Part shown: positions 28,552 to 39,151 of the stretch, piece by piece
Layout of the letters: each line of letters begins with the position of its first letter
Numbering within the stretch: position 1 is the stretch's first letter
Assembly: GCA_045612585.1 (NCBI GenBank)
Contig: JAZKZI010000048.1
Span: forward strand, 2,797 to 66,796
Length of the DNA stretch: 64,000 bases
Source: Christensenellaceae bacterium
GTDB taxonomy: Bacteria; Bacillota; Clostridia; Christensenellales; Borkfalkiaceae
Direction of reading: 5' to 3'
Notes under the pieces: generated by a model
What the model was told of the DNA's origin: nothing
The model's input: only the letters and a program-made list of their open reading frames with translations
Database searches by the model: none
Translations under genes and position numbers: made by a program

Positions 28552-31179
28552 ATGAAGTATATTTATTTATTCAGTGAAGGCAACGGACAAATGAGAGAAT
28601 TGCTTGGTGGTAAGGGTGCAAACCTTGCTGAAATGACAAATCTCGGCATGCCTGTTCCACGTGGTTTCACAATCACAACTGAAGCGTGCACACAATATTA
28701 TGCTGATGGTGAAAAAATCAACAGCGAAATTCAAGCACAAATTATGGAATACGTAGCAAAACTTGAAGAAGTCACAGGCAAAAAGTTTGGCGATTTATCA
28801 AACCCACTTTTAGTTTCTGTTCGTTCTGGTGCAAGAGCATCAATGCCAGGTATGATGGATACAATCCTTAACCTTGGTTTGAACGACATCGTTGTTGAAA
28901 AGTTTGCTGAAAAGACAGGCAACAGAAGATTTGCTTACGACTCTTATCGTAGATTTATTCAAATGTATTCAGACGTTGTTATGGAAGTTGGTAAGAAATA
29001 CTTTGAAGAACTTATCGACAAAATGAAAGAAGAAAAGGGTGTTAAGCTTGATACAGAACTCACAGCTGATGACCTTAAAAATCTTGCTGAACAATTCAAG
29101 GCTGAATATAAAGCAAAAATCGGTGCTGAATTCCCACAAGATCCAAAAGAACAACTCTTTGGTGCTGTAAGAGCAGTATTCCGTTCATGGGATAACCCAA
29201 GAGCTATTTACTACAGAAGAATGAACGATATCCCTGCAAGCTGGGGTACAGCAGTTAACGTACAAGAAATGGTGTTCGGTAATATGGGCAACACTTCTGG
29301 TACAGGCGTTGCTTTCTCACGCAACCCATCAACAGGTGAAAAAGGTTTATATGGTGAATACTTAATGAACGCACAAGGCGAAGACGTTGTTGCCGGCGTT
29401 AGAACACCACAAACTATCGACCAACTTAAACAAGAAAATCCAGCAGTTTATGAACAATTCGTTAAAATTGTTGCTAAACTCGAAGACCACTATAGAGATA
29501 TGCAAGATATGGAATTTACTATTGAAGATGGCAAACTCTTTATGTTGCAAACAAGAAACGGTAAGCGTACAGCTGCTGCAGCTCTCAAGATTGCTTGCGA
29601 CTTAGTTGACGAAGGCATGATTGATGAAAAGCAAGCCGTTCTTATGATTGACCCAAAACAACTTGATGCACTTTTACACCCACAATTCGATGCTAAGGCA
29701 TTAAAGAGCGCTAAGCCTATCGGCTGTGCACTTCCTGCATCTCCAGGTGCTGCTTGTGGTAAGGTTGTATTTACTGCAGAAGACGCTACAGAATGGGTGA
29801 CAAAGAAAGGCGAAAAAGTTATCCTCGTTAGACTTGAAACATCACCAGAAGATATCGAAGGTATGCACTATGCACAAGGTATCTTGACAGTTCGTGGTGG
29901 TATGACGTCACACGCAGCCGTTGTTGCTCGTGGTATGGGTACATGTTGCGTTTCTGGTTGTGGCGAAATCAAAATCGACGAAGAAAAGAAAACTTTCTCA
30001 CTCGGTGGAAAGACTTTCGTTGAAGGTGACTACATTTCACTTGATGGTTCAACAGGTAATATCTATGGCGAAGCAATCCCAACAGTTCCTGCATCAATTT
30101 CTGGTTATTTTGGCAGAATTATGGATTGGGCTGATAAATATCGTTCACTTGAAGTTAGAACAAATGCTGATACTCCAAAGGATGCAAAACAAGCTCGTTC
30201 ATTTGGTGCACAAGGCATTGGTCTATGCAGAACAGAACACATGTTCTTTGAAGCAGACAGAATTAAAGCAATGAGAGAAATGATTGTTTCTGACACAGTT
30301 GAACAAAGAGAAAAGGCTCTTGAAAAACTTCTTCCAATGCAACAAGGTGACTTTGAAGCACTTTACGAAGCAATGGAAGGCAACCCAGTAACAATTCGTT
30401 TCCTTGACCCACCACTACACGAATTCGTTCCAACAGCAGAAGAAGATATCGTTGCACTTGCAAAAGAAATGGGCAAAACTGCTGAAGATATTAAGGCAAC
30501 AATCGCAGGTCTTCACGAATTCAACCCAATGATGGGACACCGTGGTTGCAGACTTGCTGTCACATATCCAGAAATCGCAGTAATGCAAACAAAAGCTGTT
30601 ATCGGCGCTGCAATTTCTGTTAGCAAAAAGCACCCAGCATGGAACATCGTTCCAGAAATCATGATTCCACTTGTTGGCGAAATCAAAGAACTTGCTTTCG
30701 TTAAGGCTTTAGTTGTTAACACTGCTGATGAATGCATTGCAAACGCAGGCGTTAAACTTACATACAAAGTTGGCACAATGATTGAAATCCCAAGAGCAGC
30801 TCTTACTGCAGATGAAATTGCTAAAGAAGCAGAATTCTTCTCATTTGGTACAAACGACTTAACACAAATGACATTTGGTTTCTCTCGTGACGATGCTGGT
30901 AAGTTCTTAAATGCATATTATGAAAAGAAGATTTATGAAGACGACCCATTTGCTAAGCTTGACCAAATCGGTGTTGGTAGATTAGTTGAAACTGCTGTTA
31001 AACTTGGTAAGACAACTCGTCCAAACATCAAACTTGGTATCTGTGGTGAACACGGTGGTGACCCATCTACAATCGAATTCTGTCATAAGACAGGTTTGAC
31101 ATACGTTTCATGCTCACCATTCAGAGTTCCAATTGCTCGACTCGCTGCTGCACAAGCACAACTCAAATTTCCTAGGTAA
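28552..31179 (+). CDS. ppdK: Pyruvate, phosphate dikinase
   Basis: 875 aa; GGMTSHAAVVARG phosphohistidine motif and the C-terminal PEP-utilising domain. Confidence 0.95.
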   Translation: MKYIYLFSEGNGQMRELLGGKGANLAEMTNLGMPVPRGFTITTEACTQYYADGEKINSEIQAQIMEYVAKLEEVTGKKFGDLSNPLLVSVRSGARASMPGMMDTILNLGLNDIVVEKFAEKTGNRRFAYDSYRRFIQMYSDVVMEVGKKYFEELIDKMKEEKGVKLDTELTADDLKNLAEQFKAEYKAKIGAEFPQDPKEQLFGAVRAVFRSWDNPRAIYYRRMNDIPASWGTAVNVQEMVFGNMGNTSGTGVAFSRNPSTGEKGLYGEYLMNAQGEDVVAGVRTPQTIDQLKQENPAVYEQFVKIVAKLEDHYRDMQDMEFTIEDGKLFMLQTRNGKRTAAAALKIACDLVDEGMIDEKQAVLMIDPKQLDALLHPQFDAKALKSAKPIGCALPASPGAACGKVVFTAEDATEWVTKKGEKVILVRLETSPEDIEGMHYAQGILTVRGGMTSHAAVVARGMGTCCVSGCGEIKIDEEKKTFSLGGKTFVEGDYISLDGSTGNIYGEAIPTVPASISGYFGRIMDWADKYRSLEVRTNADTPKDAKQARSFGAQGIGLCRTEHMFFEADRIKAMREMIVSDTVEQREKALEKLLPMQQGDFEALYEAMEGNPVTIRFLDPPLHEFVPTAEEDIVALAKEMGKTAEDIKATIAGLHEFNPMMGHRGCRLAVTYPEIAVMQTKAVIGAAISVSKKHPAWNIVPEIMIPLVGEIKELAFVKALVVNTADECIANAGVKLTYKVGTMIEIPRAALTADEIAKEAEFFSFGTNDLTQMTFGFSRDDAGKFLNAYYEKKIYEDDPFAKLDQIGVGRLVETAVKLGKTTRPNIKLGICGEHGGDPSTIEFCHKTGLTYVSCSPFRVPIARLAAAQAQLKFPR

Positions 31180-31220
31180 TTGAGTTAAAGGGCTTTAGTT
31201 CATAATAAAACAAAAGAAGT

Positions 31221-31260
31221 TGAAGCCAAATGTTTTGCTAGTGCAAAGCATTTGGCTTCA
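31221..31260 (+). terminator. 18-bp hairpin after ppdK
   Basis: tgaagccaaatgttttgc / gcaaagcatttggcttca. Confidence 0.7.
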
Positions 31261-31283
31261 TATTATTTATAAGGAGAAAACAA

Positions 31284-32288
31284 ATGTCAGATAACATAAT
31301 CGTTATATGTTTGTTGCTAGTAGTTGGTTTAGTTTTAATTATTAAAGGTGGCGACTATTTCGTTGATGGAGCAAGTTGGCTTGCAGAAGTAAGTGGCATA
31401 CCAAAGTTTATTGTCGGTGCTACCATAGTTAGCATTGCAACGACCTTGCCTGAAATAGTGGTTTCGTTAATTTCAGCAAAATCAAGTCCTGATATGGCAA
31501 TAGGTAATGCCGTTGGCTCGGTTGTTTTTAATACGGGTATCATTATGGCAATAGCACTCATTGCTCAGCCATTTATGATTAAAAGAAAAGATTATGCGTT
31601 TAAGGGCATACTTTTAACAGTGGTTATGGGCTTGCTTTTTGCCTTTTCACTTTTTGGTATGGAAAGCAAAACAATTTCTCTTAACACAAACGGACTTTTT
31701 GGCTACGTTGGTTCGGCTATACTTTTAGTATTGTTCATCGTGTTTATTGTTGAAAACGTTGTTTCGGCAAAAAAACACGCAACAGAAGCACAAGAAGATG
31801 AAAAAATTGTGGCAACAAAAAAGAGTGTTACAATCAACCTATTAAAGTTGATTTTAGGTGCTGTCGCTATTGGTGGTGGCGCAATCTTGTTAAAGGACAA
31901 TGCTGAACAACTTGCTATTAAGTTAGGCCTATCAGAAGCACTTATCGGGGTGACGATTTTGGCGATAGGAACGTCGCTTCCAGAACTTGTGACAATGATT
32001 ATTGCCGTTAAAAAAGGTCAAGCAAGTTTAAGCATTGGCAATATTATCGGCGCAAACACAATAGACCTTGCAATCATTTTGCCTCTCAGTGCATTTATTG
32101 CAGGTGGAAGTGGACTTTTAGTTTCTGGATTGCACCTATTTATCACAATGCCAGTCACACTTTTGATTATAGCAATAGGTATTATTCCAACGCTAATTTT
32201 CAAAAAATTTACTAGAACCCAAGGCGTTATGATGTTTGCAATTTATCTAGCATATTTTGTGTTTAACATTGTTTACGTTTTAGCATAA
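31284..32288 (+). CDS. Ca2+/Na+ antiporter (CaCA/YrbG family)
   Basis: Two alpha-repeat halves (GATIVSIATTLPE / GVTILAIGTSLPE). Confidence 0.85.
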   Translation: MSDNIIVICLLLVVGLVLIIKGGDYFVDGASWLAEVSGIPKFIVGATIVSIATTLPEIVVSLISAKSSPDMAIGNAVGSVVFNTGIIMAIALIAQPFMIKRKDYAFKGILLTVVMGLLFAFSLFGMESKTISLNTNGLFGYVGSAILLVLFIVFIVENVVSAKKHATEAQEDEKIVATKKSVTINLLKLILGAVAIGGGAILLKDNAEQLAIKLGLSEALIGVTILAIGTSLPELVTMIIAVKKGQASLSIGNIIGANTIDLAIILPLSAFIAGGSGLLVSGLHLFITMPVTLLIIAIGIIPTLIFKKFTRTQGVMMFAIYLAYFVFNIVYVLA

Positions 32289-32309
32289 TGAGTAAAAAAC
32301 GTAATGTTA

Positions 32310-32339
32310 GGCAAGCAACTTTAGTTGCTTGCCTTTTTT
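32310..32339 (+). terminator. Intrinsic terminator
   Basis: ggcaagcaac-tttag-ttgcttgcc followed by T6. Confidence 0.85.
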
Positions 32340-32393
32340 GTTATAAAAATGAGAAAAATAAAAGCAAAGTTTTGTAAAAAAATTATAAAGACA

Positions 32394-32422
32394 TTGACAT
32401 GCATATAAAAAAATGTTAAAAT
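32394..32422 (+). promoter_or_regulatory. Extended -10 sigma-A promoter of the ABC/FtsX fusion gene
   Basis: TTGACA (32394-32399), 17 nt, TGtTAAAAT (32414-32422). Confidence 0.55.
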
Positions 32423-32461
32423 TTTTATTGTATACTTATAGTAAAGGAAAAAGGTGCTAAA

Positions 32462-35401
32462 ATGATTGAACTTATTAACGTGTGTAAAAAATACGTGACT
32501 AAAGCAGGGGATACCCAAGCATTGAACAACGTTAGTATAAAATTTGCTGATAAGGGTTTGGTTTTTATTCTTGGTAAAAGTGGTTGTGGTAAAACAACTC
32601 TTTTAAATATGATAGGTGGTCTTGATAGTATAGATAGTGGCGAGATTATTATAGATGGAAAAAAGTTCTCTGAATTTTCACCAAAAGATTATGATAGCTA
32701 TAGAAATACTTTAGTTGGGTTTGTGTTTCAAGAATATAACCTACTTTCCGACTATAATATAGGCAAAAATATAAACATAGCAAACGAGTTGCAAGGAAGC
32801 AACGCAAAAGAAGAAGATATAGCAAAGCTTTTAACAACCGTAGAAATCGGTGGATATGAAAATAGAAAGCCTTATCAACTTTCAGGTGGTCAAAAGCAAA
32901 GGGCATCTATAGCAAGGGCGCTAATAAAAAATCCTAAGATTGTGCTTGCAGACGAGCCGACTGGCGCACTAGATAGTGCAACGGGCGTGCAAGTTATGGA
33001 ACTACTTAAAGAACTTTCTAAAGAAAAGCTAATTGTCGTTGTTTCTCACGAGGCAGACTTTGCTGAAAAATATGCAGATAGAATTATAAGGCTTGTTGAC
33101 GGAAGGGTGGTTGAAGACATCACTCAAAAAGACGTTGAAATGACGCAAGTAGTTCACGAATTTGAAGACGAGTTGGTTGTTAAAGCAGGTGCCGACCTTA
33201 GCGATGAAGACACTAAAAAACTTACTAAAGCTATCAAAGAAAACAAAAAAATTAACATAACTGAAAAAAGTTATTTTAAAGAAAGAAAAAACACCGAAAA
33301 AGAAGAATATAGCGAGCAAACGCAAAAGGAAAGCATTAAGTTTATTCAAAGTAAGATGAAGCTCAAAAGCGTTGCTGGATTAGGCTTAAAGTCGCTTGTT
33401 GCAAAACCAATAAGGCTTATTTTTACTGTACTTTTATCTATAATTGCCTTTGCCATGTTCGGCGTGTTTGATGCAGTTGCATCTTTCAATGATGAGAGAG
33501 GGTTGATAGCTCTTTTAAAAGGCGATAACTATAATTCTGTTTCTATTTATGCAGAATACAATAACTATGGCTATGAAAAAGTCAACTTTAAGTTGTCACA
33601 AGCGCAAATAAACAAGCTAAATAAAGAAACCAAATATTCTTTTAGGGGGATATACGATATTAGAGACCAAGAAGAATATGCAGAATATTTAAAAGAAAGG
33701 TCTAATTTTAACGAAGAACACATGATAAGCGACCCAAGCGTAGTGGGGAATTTAACCACCGGTGGAGATTATTATATCAAACACGTTAGTGGCATGGTTG
33801 AATTTAAGGAAAGCGAAATAGTTAACAAGGTTATTTTACCAAAGGAATATAACTATAAAATCATTTATGGAGATTATCCAACCTTAAAGAAAAGCAACGA
33901 AATGTATCAAGGTGTGGGCATTTCTTCTTATGTGGCAAAAAGTATTATAACGTATATGCGTTTAAATAGAAAGGAAGTGTTCGGTGGTAAAAAGGGCATT
34001 AAAGATATTGGCGACCTTGTCGGTGCAAATATTGGCTTGGGCAGTCTAAACACAAAATATTTTACTATTAAAGCAATTATCGATTGTGGCGATATTCCAG
34101 AAAAATATTCTAAGTTAAAAGAATCAACAGCAGGCACAATGACGGCGTTAACCGAAGATTTTACCACGTACATAAACACGGGGTGTTATCTAACTTTATT
34201 TTTACCAGATGGATACGTTCAAAATAGGAGAGACGAGTATAATAGAAAAACAGCATATTTTGCCGATTATGGCAATAGAGAGTTTTCAATTACTCAAAGT
34301 GGTCTTGACGTGCCTCTTACAAAATCAATTAAACCATATTTTTATAATACGGTTGAATTCAATGAAGAAAATACAATTTTGTTCGGCGACGTTGAAAACG
34401 GAAATGCATCACAAGGCACGCCACAACTAAACGCAGATGAAGTGCTTATAAGCGTAAACAATTTAAGATTGCTTTTTGATATTGAACATGATAAGTGTAG
34501 TGGTGCTTTACAAGCACAGTTTAGGGGCTTAACAGACGGGCTTATTGCTGAGCAAGACCTCGATACAAGAATTAGTAAAACAAGGCAACTACTCGAACTT
34601 ATGAAATCTATTTATAATGATCAAAATTATAAATATGAATCTAATCAATATAGAAAGGTTCTTCAGTTTAACGAAATAAACGATGGTCAAGAAATTGAGC
34701 CTAAATTGCTCAAAGTGAAAGGATTTTACTTTGATACAAACAAAGATATGATAACAACTATTACTAACGTAAGTTATTATGAGCCGTTTGTCTTTTCAAA
34801 CGAAGGGCTTAAGGCTTTAAGCATAAGCACCAATCAAGGATTCTATTCAAGGGCGATTTCAGGTCTTAAAGACAATTCTAGAGGGGCTACTTTGCTTGGC
34901 GAAATGATGGTCGAAGACGATGGATTTTGTTTAAGATGGTATAAAAACAGCATGGTAGACACTCTTAAAGCAAATTCTGGTTTCTTGAACCAACTCTTGC
35001 AATTATTCTTGTACATTTCGCTGATAATAATTGTGTTCTCAATGTTTATGCTTATGAACTATATAACAACGAGTATTGCGTCAAAAAGGCATGCAATCGG
35101 CATACTTAGGGCGCTTGGTGCTAAAGGCTCTAACATCTTTGTTATGTTTTTGTTTGAAAGTATAATTATAGCGCTCATAAACGGAATATTTGCAAGCGTT
35201 GTTGGATATATAGCAAGCATATTTGTTAATGCTTATATTTTAGACGTTATGAACATGACTATAAGCTTTGCACTATTCGGTTTAAGGCAAGTTTTAATTA
35301 TCGTTGGCGTAAGTGTTGCCACGGGATTTGTGTCGTCGCTAATACCAATAAGAAAGATTATAAAAGAAAAGCCGGTTGCGCTTATTAGAAAAGAATCTTA
35401 A
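32462..35401 (+). CDS. MacB-type ABC transporter, ATPase fused to an FtsX-like permease with a very large extracytoplasmic domain
   Basis: N-terminal GKSGCGKTT / LSGGQKQR / VLADEPTGALD; TM1 near aa 315-340; about 500 non-hydrophobic residues; then three C-terminal TM helices of FtsX type. Confidence 0.85.
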   Translation: MIELINVCKKYVTKAGDTQALNNVSIKFADKGLVFILGKSGCGKTTLLNMIGGLDSIDSGEIIIDGKKFSEFSPKDYDSYRNTLVGFVFQEYNLLSDYNIGKNINIANELQGSNAKEEDIAKLLTTVEIGGYENRKPYQLSGGQKQRASIARALIKNPKIVLADEPTGALDSATGVQVMELLKELSKEKLIVVVSHEADFAEKYADRIIRLVDGRVVEDITQKDVEMTQVVHEFEDELVVKAGADLSDEDTKKLTKAIKENKKINITEKSYFKERKNTEKEEYSEQTQKESIKFIQSKMKLKSVAGLGLKSLVAKPIRLIFTVLLSIIAFAMFGVFDAVASFNDERGLIALLKGDNYNSVSIYAEYNNYGYEKVNFKLSQAQINKLNKETKYSFRGIYDIRDQEEYAEYLKERSNFNEEHMISDPSVVGNLTTGGDYYIKHVSGMVEFKESEIVNKVILPKEYNYKIIYGDYPTLKKSNEMYQGVGISSYVAKSIITYMRLNRKEVFGGKKGIKDIGDLVGANIGLGSLNTKYFTIKAIIDCGDIPEKYSKLKESTAGTMTALTEDFTTYINTGCYLTLFLPDGYVQNRRDEYNRKTAYFADYGNREFSITQSGLDVPLTKSIKPYFYNTVEFNEENTILFGDVENGNASQGTPQLNADEVLISVNNLRLLFDIEHDKCSGALQAQFRGLTDGLIAEQDLDTRISKTRQLLELMKSIYNDQNYKYESNQYRKVLQFNEINDGQEIEPKLLKVKGFYFDTNKDMITTITNVSYYEPFVFSNEGLKALSISTNQGFYSRAISGLKDNSRGATLLGEMMVEDDGFCLRWYKNSMVDTLKANSGFLNQLLQLFLYISLIIIVFSMFMLMNYITTSIASKRHAIGILRALGAKGSNIFVMFLFESIIIALINGIFASVVGYIASIFVNAYILDVMNMTISFALFGLRQVLIIVGVSVATGFVSSLIPIRKIIKEKPVALIRKES

Positions 35402-35427
35402 AATCGAAAAATAAAAAATCAGTCAAT

Positions 35428-35453
35428 AAAGCCGACAAAGTTTTGTCGGCTTT
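35428..35453 (+). terminator. Intrinsic terminator
   Basis: aaagccgacaaa / tttgtcggcttt. Confidence 0.75.
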
Positions 35454-35501
35454 ATCTTTTTAAGGATAAACGAACTTTTTTTGTTTGATTTTTCATAAAA
35501 T

Positions 35502-36527
35502 ATGAGTATGTTAAACAAGGCGTATATAGATTTAAATATTCTTAGACAAAACGTAAAAAATATAAAAGCAAAACTAAGTCCATCGGTTAAATTTTGCGCT
35601 GTTGTAAAAGCCGATGGATATGGCCACGGAGCAGAACAAATAGCAAACGCAATTTACAAAGAGTGCGATTATTTTGCCGTTGCCCTTGTGCAAGAAGGGA
35701 TAAGCCTTAGACAAAGTGGCATTGACAAAGATATTTTGGTGTTAACGCCACCCGTTAATAGTGACTTAAAAGATGCTGTTTTTTACGACCTAACTTTAAG
35801 TGTGGATAATGTTTCCGTTTTAGATAAAATAGAAAGAGAAGCTAAAAGACAGTCAAAACGGATTAAAATTCATATTAAATACAACACGGGCATGAACAGG
35901 CTTGGAGTAGATAATTTAGAACAATTAGAAACCATTGCAAAAAAAATAATTTCTTCTAAATATCTATATTTAGACGGTTTATTTTCACATTTAGCATTTC
36001 CAGAAAATAAAAAAAGCACAAATATTGCACAAAACAAGTTTTTGCTTGCAAATAATTTGATTAAAGGTTATAATAATAAAGCAATATGTCATTTGTCGGC
36101 AAGTGGTGGTTTTTTGGCTAAAGTTTATAGCGATATGGTTAGGATTGGAATTTTAATGTATGGCTACAAGCCTTTTCCAAGTAAATTCGTTAGCGTAAAA
36201 CCAATTATGAAAATATATGCACCACTAGTTAAAAAACGCACCTTAAAAAAGGGCGATAATTGCTTATACGGAAGTGCTAAGTTGAATTGTGCAAAACGAC
36301 TTTCTATCGTTCGGTTTGGTTATGCAGACGGCTTGCCTAGGCAAAAAACAGCAAGGCAGTTTAACAACAGGTGTATGGACTTAACGGCACTTGAAAAGGC
36401 AAAGGTGACTAAAAAAGGCGTGCTTATAATGGGCAATGCAGACGTTGTTGCAAAAAAATATAACACAATTAGTTATGAAGTTTTAACAAAGTGTGCTATA
36501 AGGTCGCAAAAAATTTATATACGTTAG
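35502..36527 (+). CDS. alr: Alanine racemase (short form)
   Basis: PLP-lysine motif AVVKADGYGHG; 341 aa. Confidence 0.85.
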   Translation: MSMLNKAYIDLNILRQNVKNIKAKLSPSVKFCAVVKADGYGHGAEQIANAIYKECDYFAVALVQEGISLRQSGIDKDILVLTPPVNSDLKDAVFYDLTLSVDNVSVLDKIEREAKRQSKRIKIHIKYNTGMNRLGVDNLEQLETIAKKIISSKYLYLDGLFSHLAFPENKKSTNIAQNKFLLANNLIKGYNNKAICHLSASGGFLAKVYSDMVRIGILMYGYKPFPSKFVSVKPIMKIYAPLVKKRTLKKGDNCLYGSAKLNCAKRLSIVRFGYADGLPRQKTARQFNNRCMDLTALEKAKVTKKGVLIMGNADVVAKKYNTISYEVLTKCAIRSQKIYIR

Positions 36528-36534
36528 GTGAAAT

Positions 36535-37125
36535 ATGAAATATTACTTAAAAAAGTTTTTTCTACTATTTGTTTATCTAATTTCCTCTGGCATAATTAGT
36601 TCGGGGGTGCTTACAATTGAGGGCTTGCCTTGGCTTAAGCTTTTGCTTCTTGTTGCCAACCTTGCTTTGTTTGTGTTTATTTATTGTGCAATTGCATTTA
36701 AAGATGGCGAAAAAGCACTTATGGTGCGTGTTTCAAACGATAAAATGAGAGAATTAATTGTGCAAACTGGCAATGACTATAAATTAGATTTAGATGGTGA
36801 ATTTACGGTTAGAAAAGGTTTTATAACGGGCGCTACCACTTGTATTCCACTATTAATATTTTTACTTTTAGATTTATTAATTGGAAATCCAAATAACGTT
36901 GCAGTAAAAGTTCTTCAATTATTGTATATGGTATTTTATGGTTTTTTCAATATAGATTTTTTAAGTGCTCATAGAACGGTGCTTTATGCATCTTATTTAT
37001 GGACGCTTATTGCAATTCCTTTTCTTATTGTGCTTCATGGCGTTTTCTTCTATTTAGGTGGTAGAAAAATGCAAGCTCAACAAGATAAAATTAAAGAAAC
37101 ACATAAAAAGTTTTATGGTGAATAA
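36535..37125 (+). CDS. Hypothetical membrane protein
   Basis: 196-aa ORF with about 5 hydrophobic helices, tightly packed between alr and rsmD. Confidence 0.6.
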   Translation: MKYYLKKFFLLFVYLISSGIISSGVLTIEGLPWLKLLLLVANLALFVFIYCAIAFKDGEKALMVRVSNDKMRELIVQTGNDYKLDLDGEFTVRKGFITGATTCIPLLIFLLLDLLIGNPNNVAVKVLQLLYMVFYGFFNIDFLSAHRTVLYASYLWTLIAIPFLIVLHGVFFYLGGRKMQAQQDKIKETHKKFYGE

Positions 37126-37127
37126 TT

Positions 37128-37664
37128 TTGCGAATAGTTGCTGGAAAGTATAGGGGCAGAACTCTTTTAGAATTCAGTGGTGAAGATATTCGCCCAACTG
37201 CAGATAGGGTTAGAGAAAGCCTTTTTAACATAATTCAAAACAAAACGGCAGGGAGCGTGTTTTTAGACCTTTACTCAGGAACGGGTGCAATGGGTATAGA
37301 AGCACTTTCAAGATATGCAAAAAGCGTTGTTTTTAACGATTTATCTAAAAGCAGTTTGGCGCTTTTAAGAAAAAATCTTGAAAAAATAAAGATTGATGAT
37401 GAGTTTGAAGTCTCAAATCAAGATGCTGTAAGATTTTTAAATACAACACAAAAAAAATTTGATATCATATTTATAGACCCACCATATAAAAGCGATAAAA
37501 AAAGGGACAGCCTATCACATTGTGCACCAGTTTTAAATGATGACGGAATTGTTATCTTTGAAGATGAAAACGAGTGGCAGGGTGAAATTGAAGGACTTAT
37601 GGTATATGATAAAAGAAAGTATGGAAGGGTGCATTTAACGTTTTTTAAAAAAGAGGAAAAATAA
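37128..37664 (+). CDS. rsmD: 16S rRNA (guanine966-N2)-methyltransferase RsmD
   Basis: RPTADRVRESLFN, LDLYSGTGAMGIEALSR and the DPPY motif; ylbH-coaD synteny. Confidence 0.9.
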   Translation: MRIVAGKYRGRTLLEFSGEDIRPTADRVRESLFNIIQNKTAGSVFLDLYSGTGAMGIEALSRYAKSVVFNDLSKSSLALLRKNLEKIKIDDEFEVSNQDAVRFLNTTQKKFDIIFIDPPYKSDKKRDSLSHCAPVLNDDGIVIFEDENEWQGEIEGLMVYDKRKYGRVHLTFFKKEEK

Positions 37665-38146
37665 TGAAAGTTTGTGTTTTTGCAGGGACGTTTGACCCTA
37701 TAACAATAGGTCACACTTTTGTTATAGAAAAGTGTTTGGAAATATTTGACAAGGTTGTTGTGGCACTTGGCATAAATCAAGATAAAAAACCTATGTTTGA
37801 TTTACAGTCACGCAAAAAAATGATAGAACTTGCCGTTGGCAATAACGATAGGGTTGAAATAGCAAGTTTTGAAGGTATGTTAGTTGACTTTATGAAGAAA
37901 AACGATATTAAAGTTAACGTTAGGGGCATAAGGGATTTAGACGATTATAAATACGAAACCACAATGGAAAGATATAATAGGGATATGTATAGTGAAATGA
38001 CAACCATATATATTCCAACACCAAAGGAGTTGGTGCATATCAGTTCAAGTGCAATAAGAAGCATTTTGAATTTAGGTGCTGACCCAAGCGAGTATTTACC
38101 AAAAGCCGTTTGCGAGTTTATATCGGCTGAAAGATTAGGCAAATAA
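37664..38146 (+). CDS. coaD: Pantetheine-phosphate adenylyltransferase
   Basis: FAGTFDPITIGH and ISSSAIR motifs. Confidence 0.95.
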   Translation: MKVCVFAGTFDPITIGHTFVIEKCLEIFDKVVVALGINQDKKPMFDLQSRKKMIELAVGNNDRVEIASFEGMLVDFMKKNDIKVNVRGIRDLDDYKYETTMERYNRDMYSEMTTIYIPTPKELVHISSSAIRSILNLGADPSEYLPKAVCEFISAERLGK

Positions 38147-39098
38147 TAAAAGTAATAATAAAATTAATGACTGCACATAAAAGTTTTGCTTTTATAAATG
38201 GTGCAGTCTTTATTTTTGCTTTTTTTAAATACGCAACAGATTGCATTATTACCGAAAGGCCACCAAACCCACAAATAAAAGCGCAAAGGGGTAGCGTAAG
38301 CGTGCTGATAGGCAGTGTTGACAAAATTTTCAAGCCTTGTGTGCTTTCAATAAGACCAAAAGCAAGTGCCTTTGCCGTGTCAAAATTCCCTAACAAAAGT
38401 GCAAGTAAGTTTATTATAGGATTTAATAAATTTAAGCCGAATAAAATTGATGAAAATATGTAAAAAATAGTTATAATGGCACCCACAACAAGCACTGATA
38501 TTACCGAGGAATAGGCACTTTCATATAAAATATTGTCTATTTTTTTATTTGACAAAAAAGGCTTGCTGTTAGGCTTGTCGTTTTTATTATAATTTGAAAA
38601 AATTATACCTATAATTATTGCAGATAAAAAATTGCTTATAAGCAAAACTAAACCGATAGTGGTGCTATTAAACATTATGCTTCCCACACTGCTGATTAAA
38701 AACATTGGCGAAGAAGTTGAGCAAAAAGTAGATGCCCTAATTGCCTCGTTTTCCCCGATAGCATTCTTTTCTTTTAGGTCGCTAACGATTTTAGCGCCTA
38801 TAGGATAGCCTGCAATAAGGCTCATAAAAAAAGCGTATCCACATGCTCCACTTACGTTAAAAAGTCGTTTAGTGAGTGGCGAAAATTTATTAGAAATTTT
38901 ACTTGTTATGCTAAGAGAAGATAGAACTGCCGTTATAAAAAAATATGGTAGCATTGCAGGAAGTATTAGCGATATCCACAAGTTAATTCCTTGCAGTGTA
39001 AGTGCAGAAAAACCCTTGCCTAGCGATAAAATTAGCGAAAAGCAAATTAAAGATAAGAAAAATGTAATAGAAAGAAAAGTGTTTATTTTTTTAACCAT
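38118..39098 (-). CDS. ylbJ: Sporulation integral membrane protein YlbJ (nucleoside-recognition-type domains)
   Basis: Polytopic 326-aa protein convergent with coaD, as in Bacillus ylbH-coaD/ylbJ; family call rests on synteny and memory. Confidence 0.75.
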   Translation of the reverse strand: MVKKINTFLSITFFLSLICFSLILSLGKGFSALTLQGINLWISLILPAMLPYFFITAVLSSLSITSKISNKFSPLTKRLFNVSGACGYAFFMSLIAGYPIGAKIVSDLKEKNAIGENEAIRASTFCSTSSPMFLISSVGSIMFNSTTIGLVLLISNFLSAIIIGIIFSNYNKNDKPNSKPFLSNKKIDNILYESAYSSVISVLVVGAIITIFYIFSSILFGLNLLNPIINLLALLLGNFDTAKALAFGLIESTQGLKILSTLPISTLTLPLCAFICGFGGLSVIMQSVAYLKKAKIKTAPFIKAKLLCAVINFIITFIICLIFQPI

Positions 39099-39151
39099 AA
39101 TATATTGTATTATGGCTTGAAAAAAAATATAGAATATGTTAAAATATTTTT

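Noticed and set aside
38118-38146. 29-nt overlap of the convergent coaD and ylbJ 3' ends
   Set aside because: It is real in the sequence but small, and both frames are well supported. It is probably just compact gene packing without a dedicated terminator.
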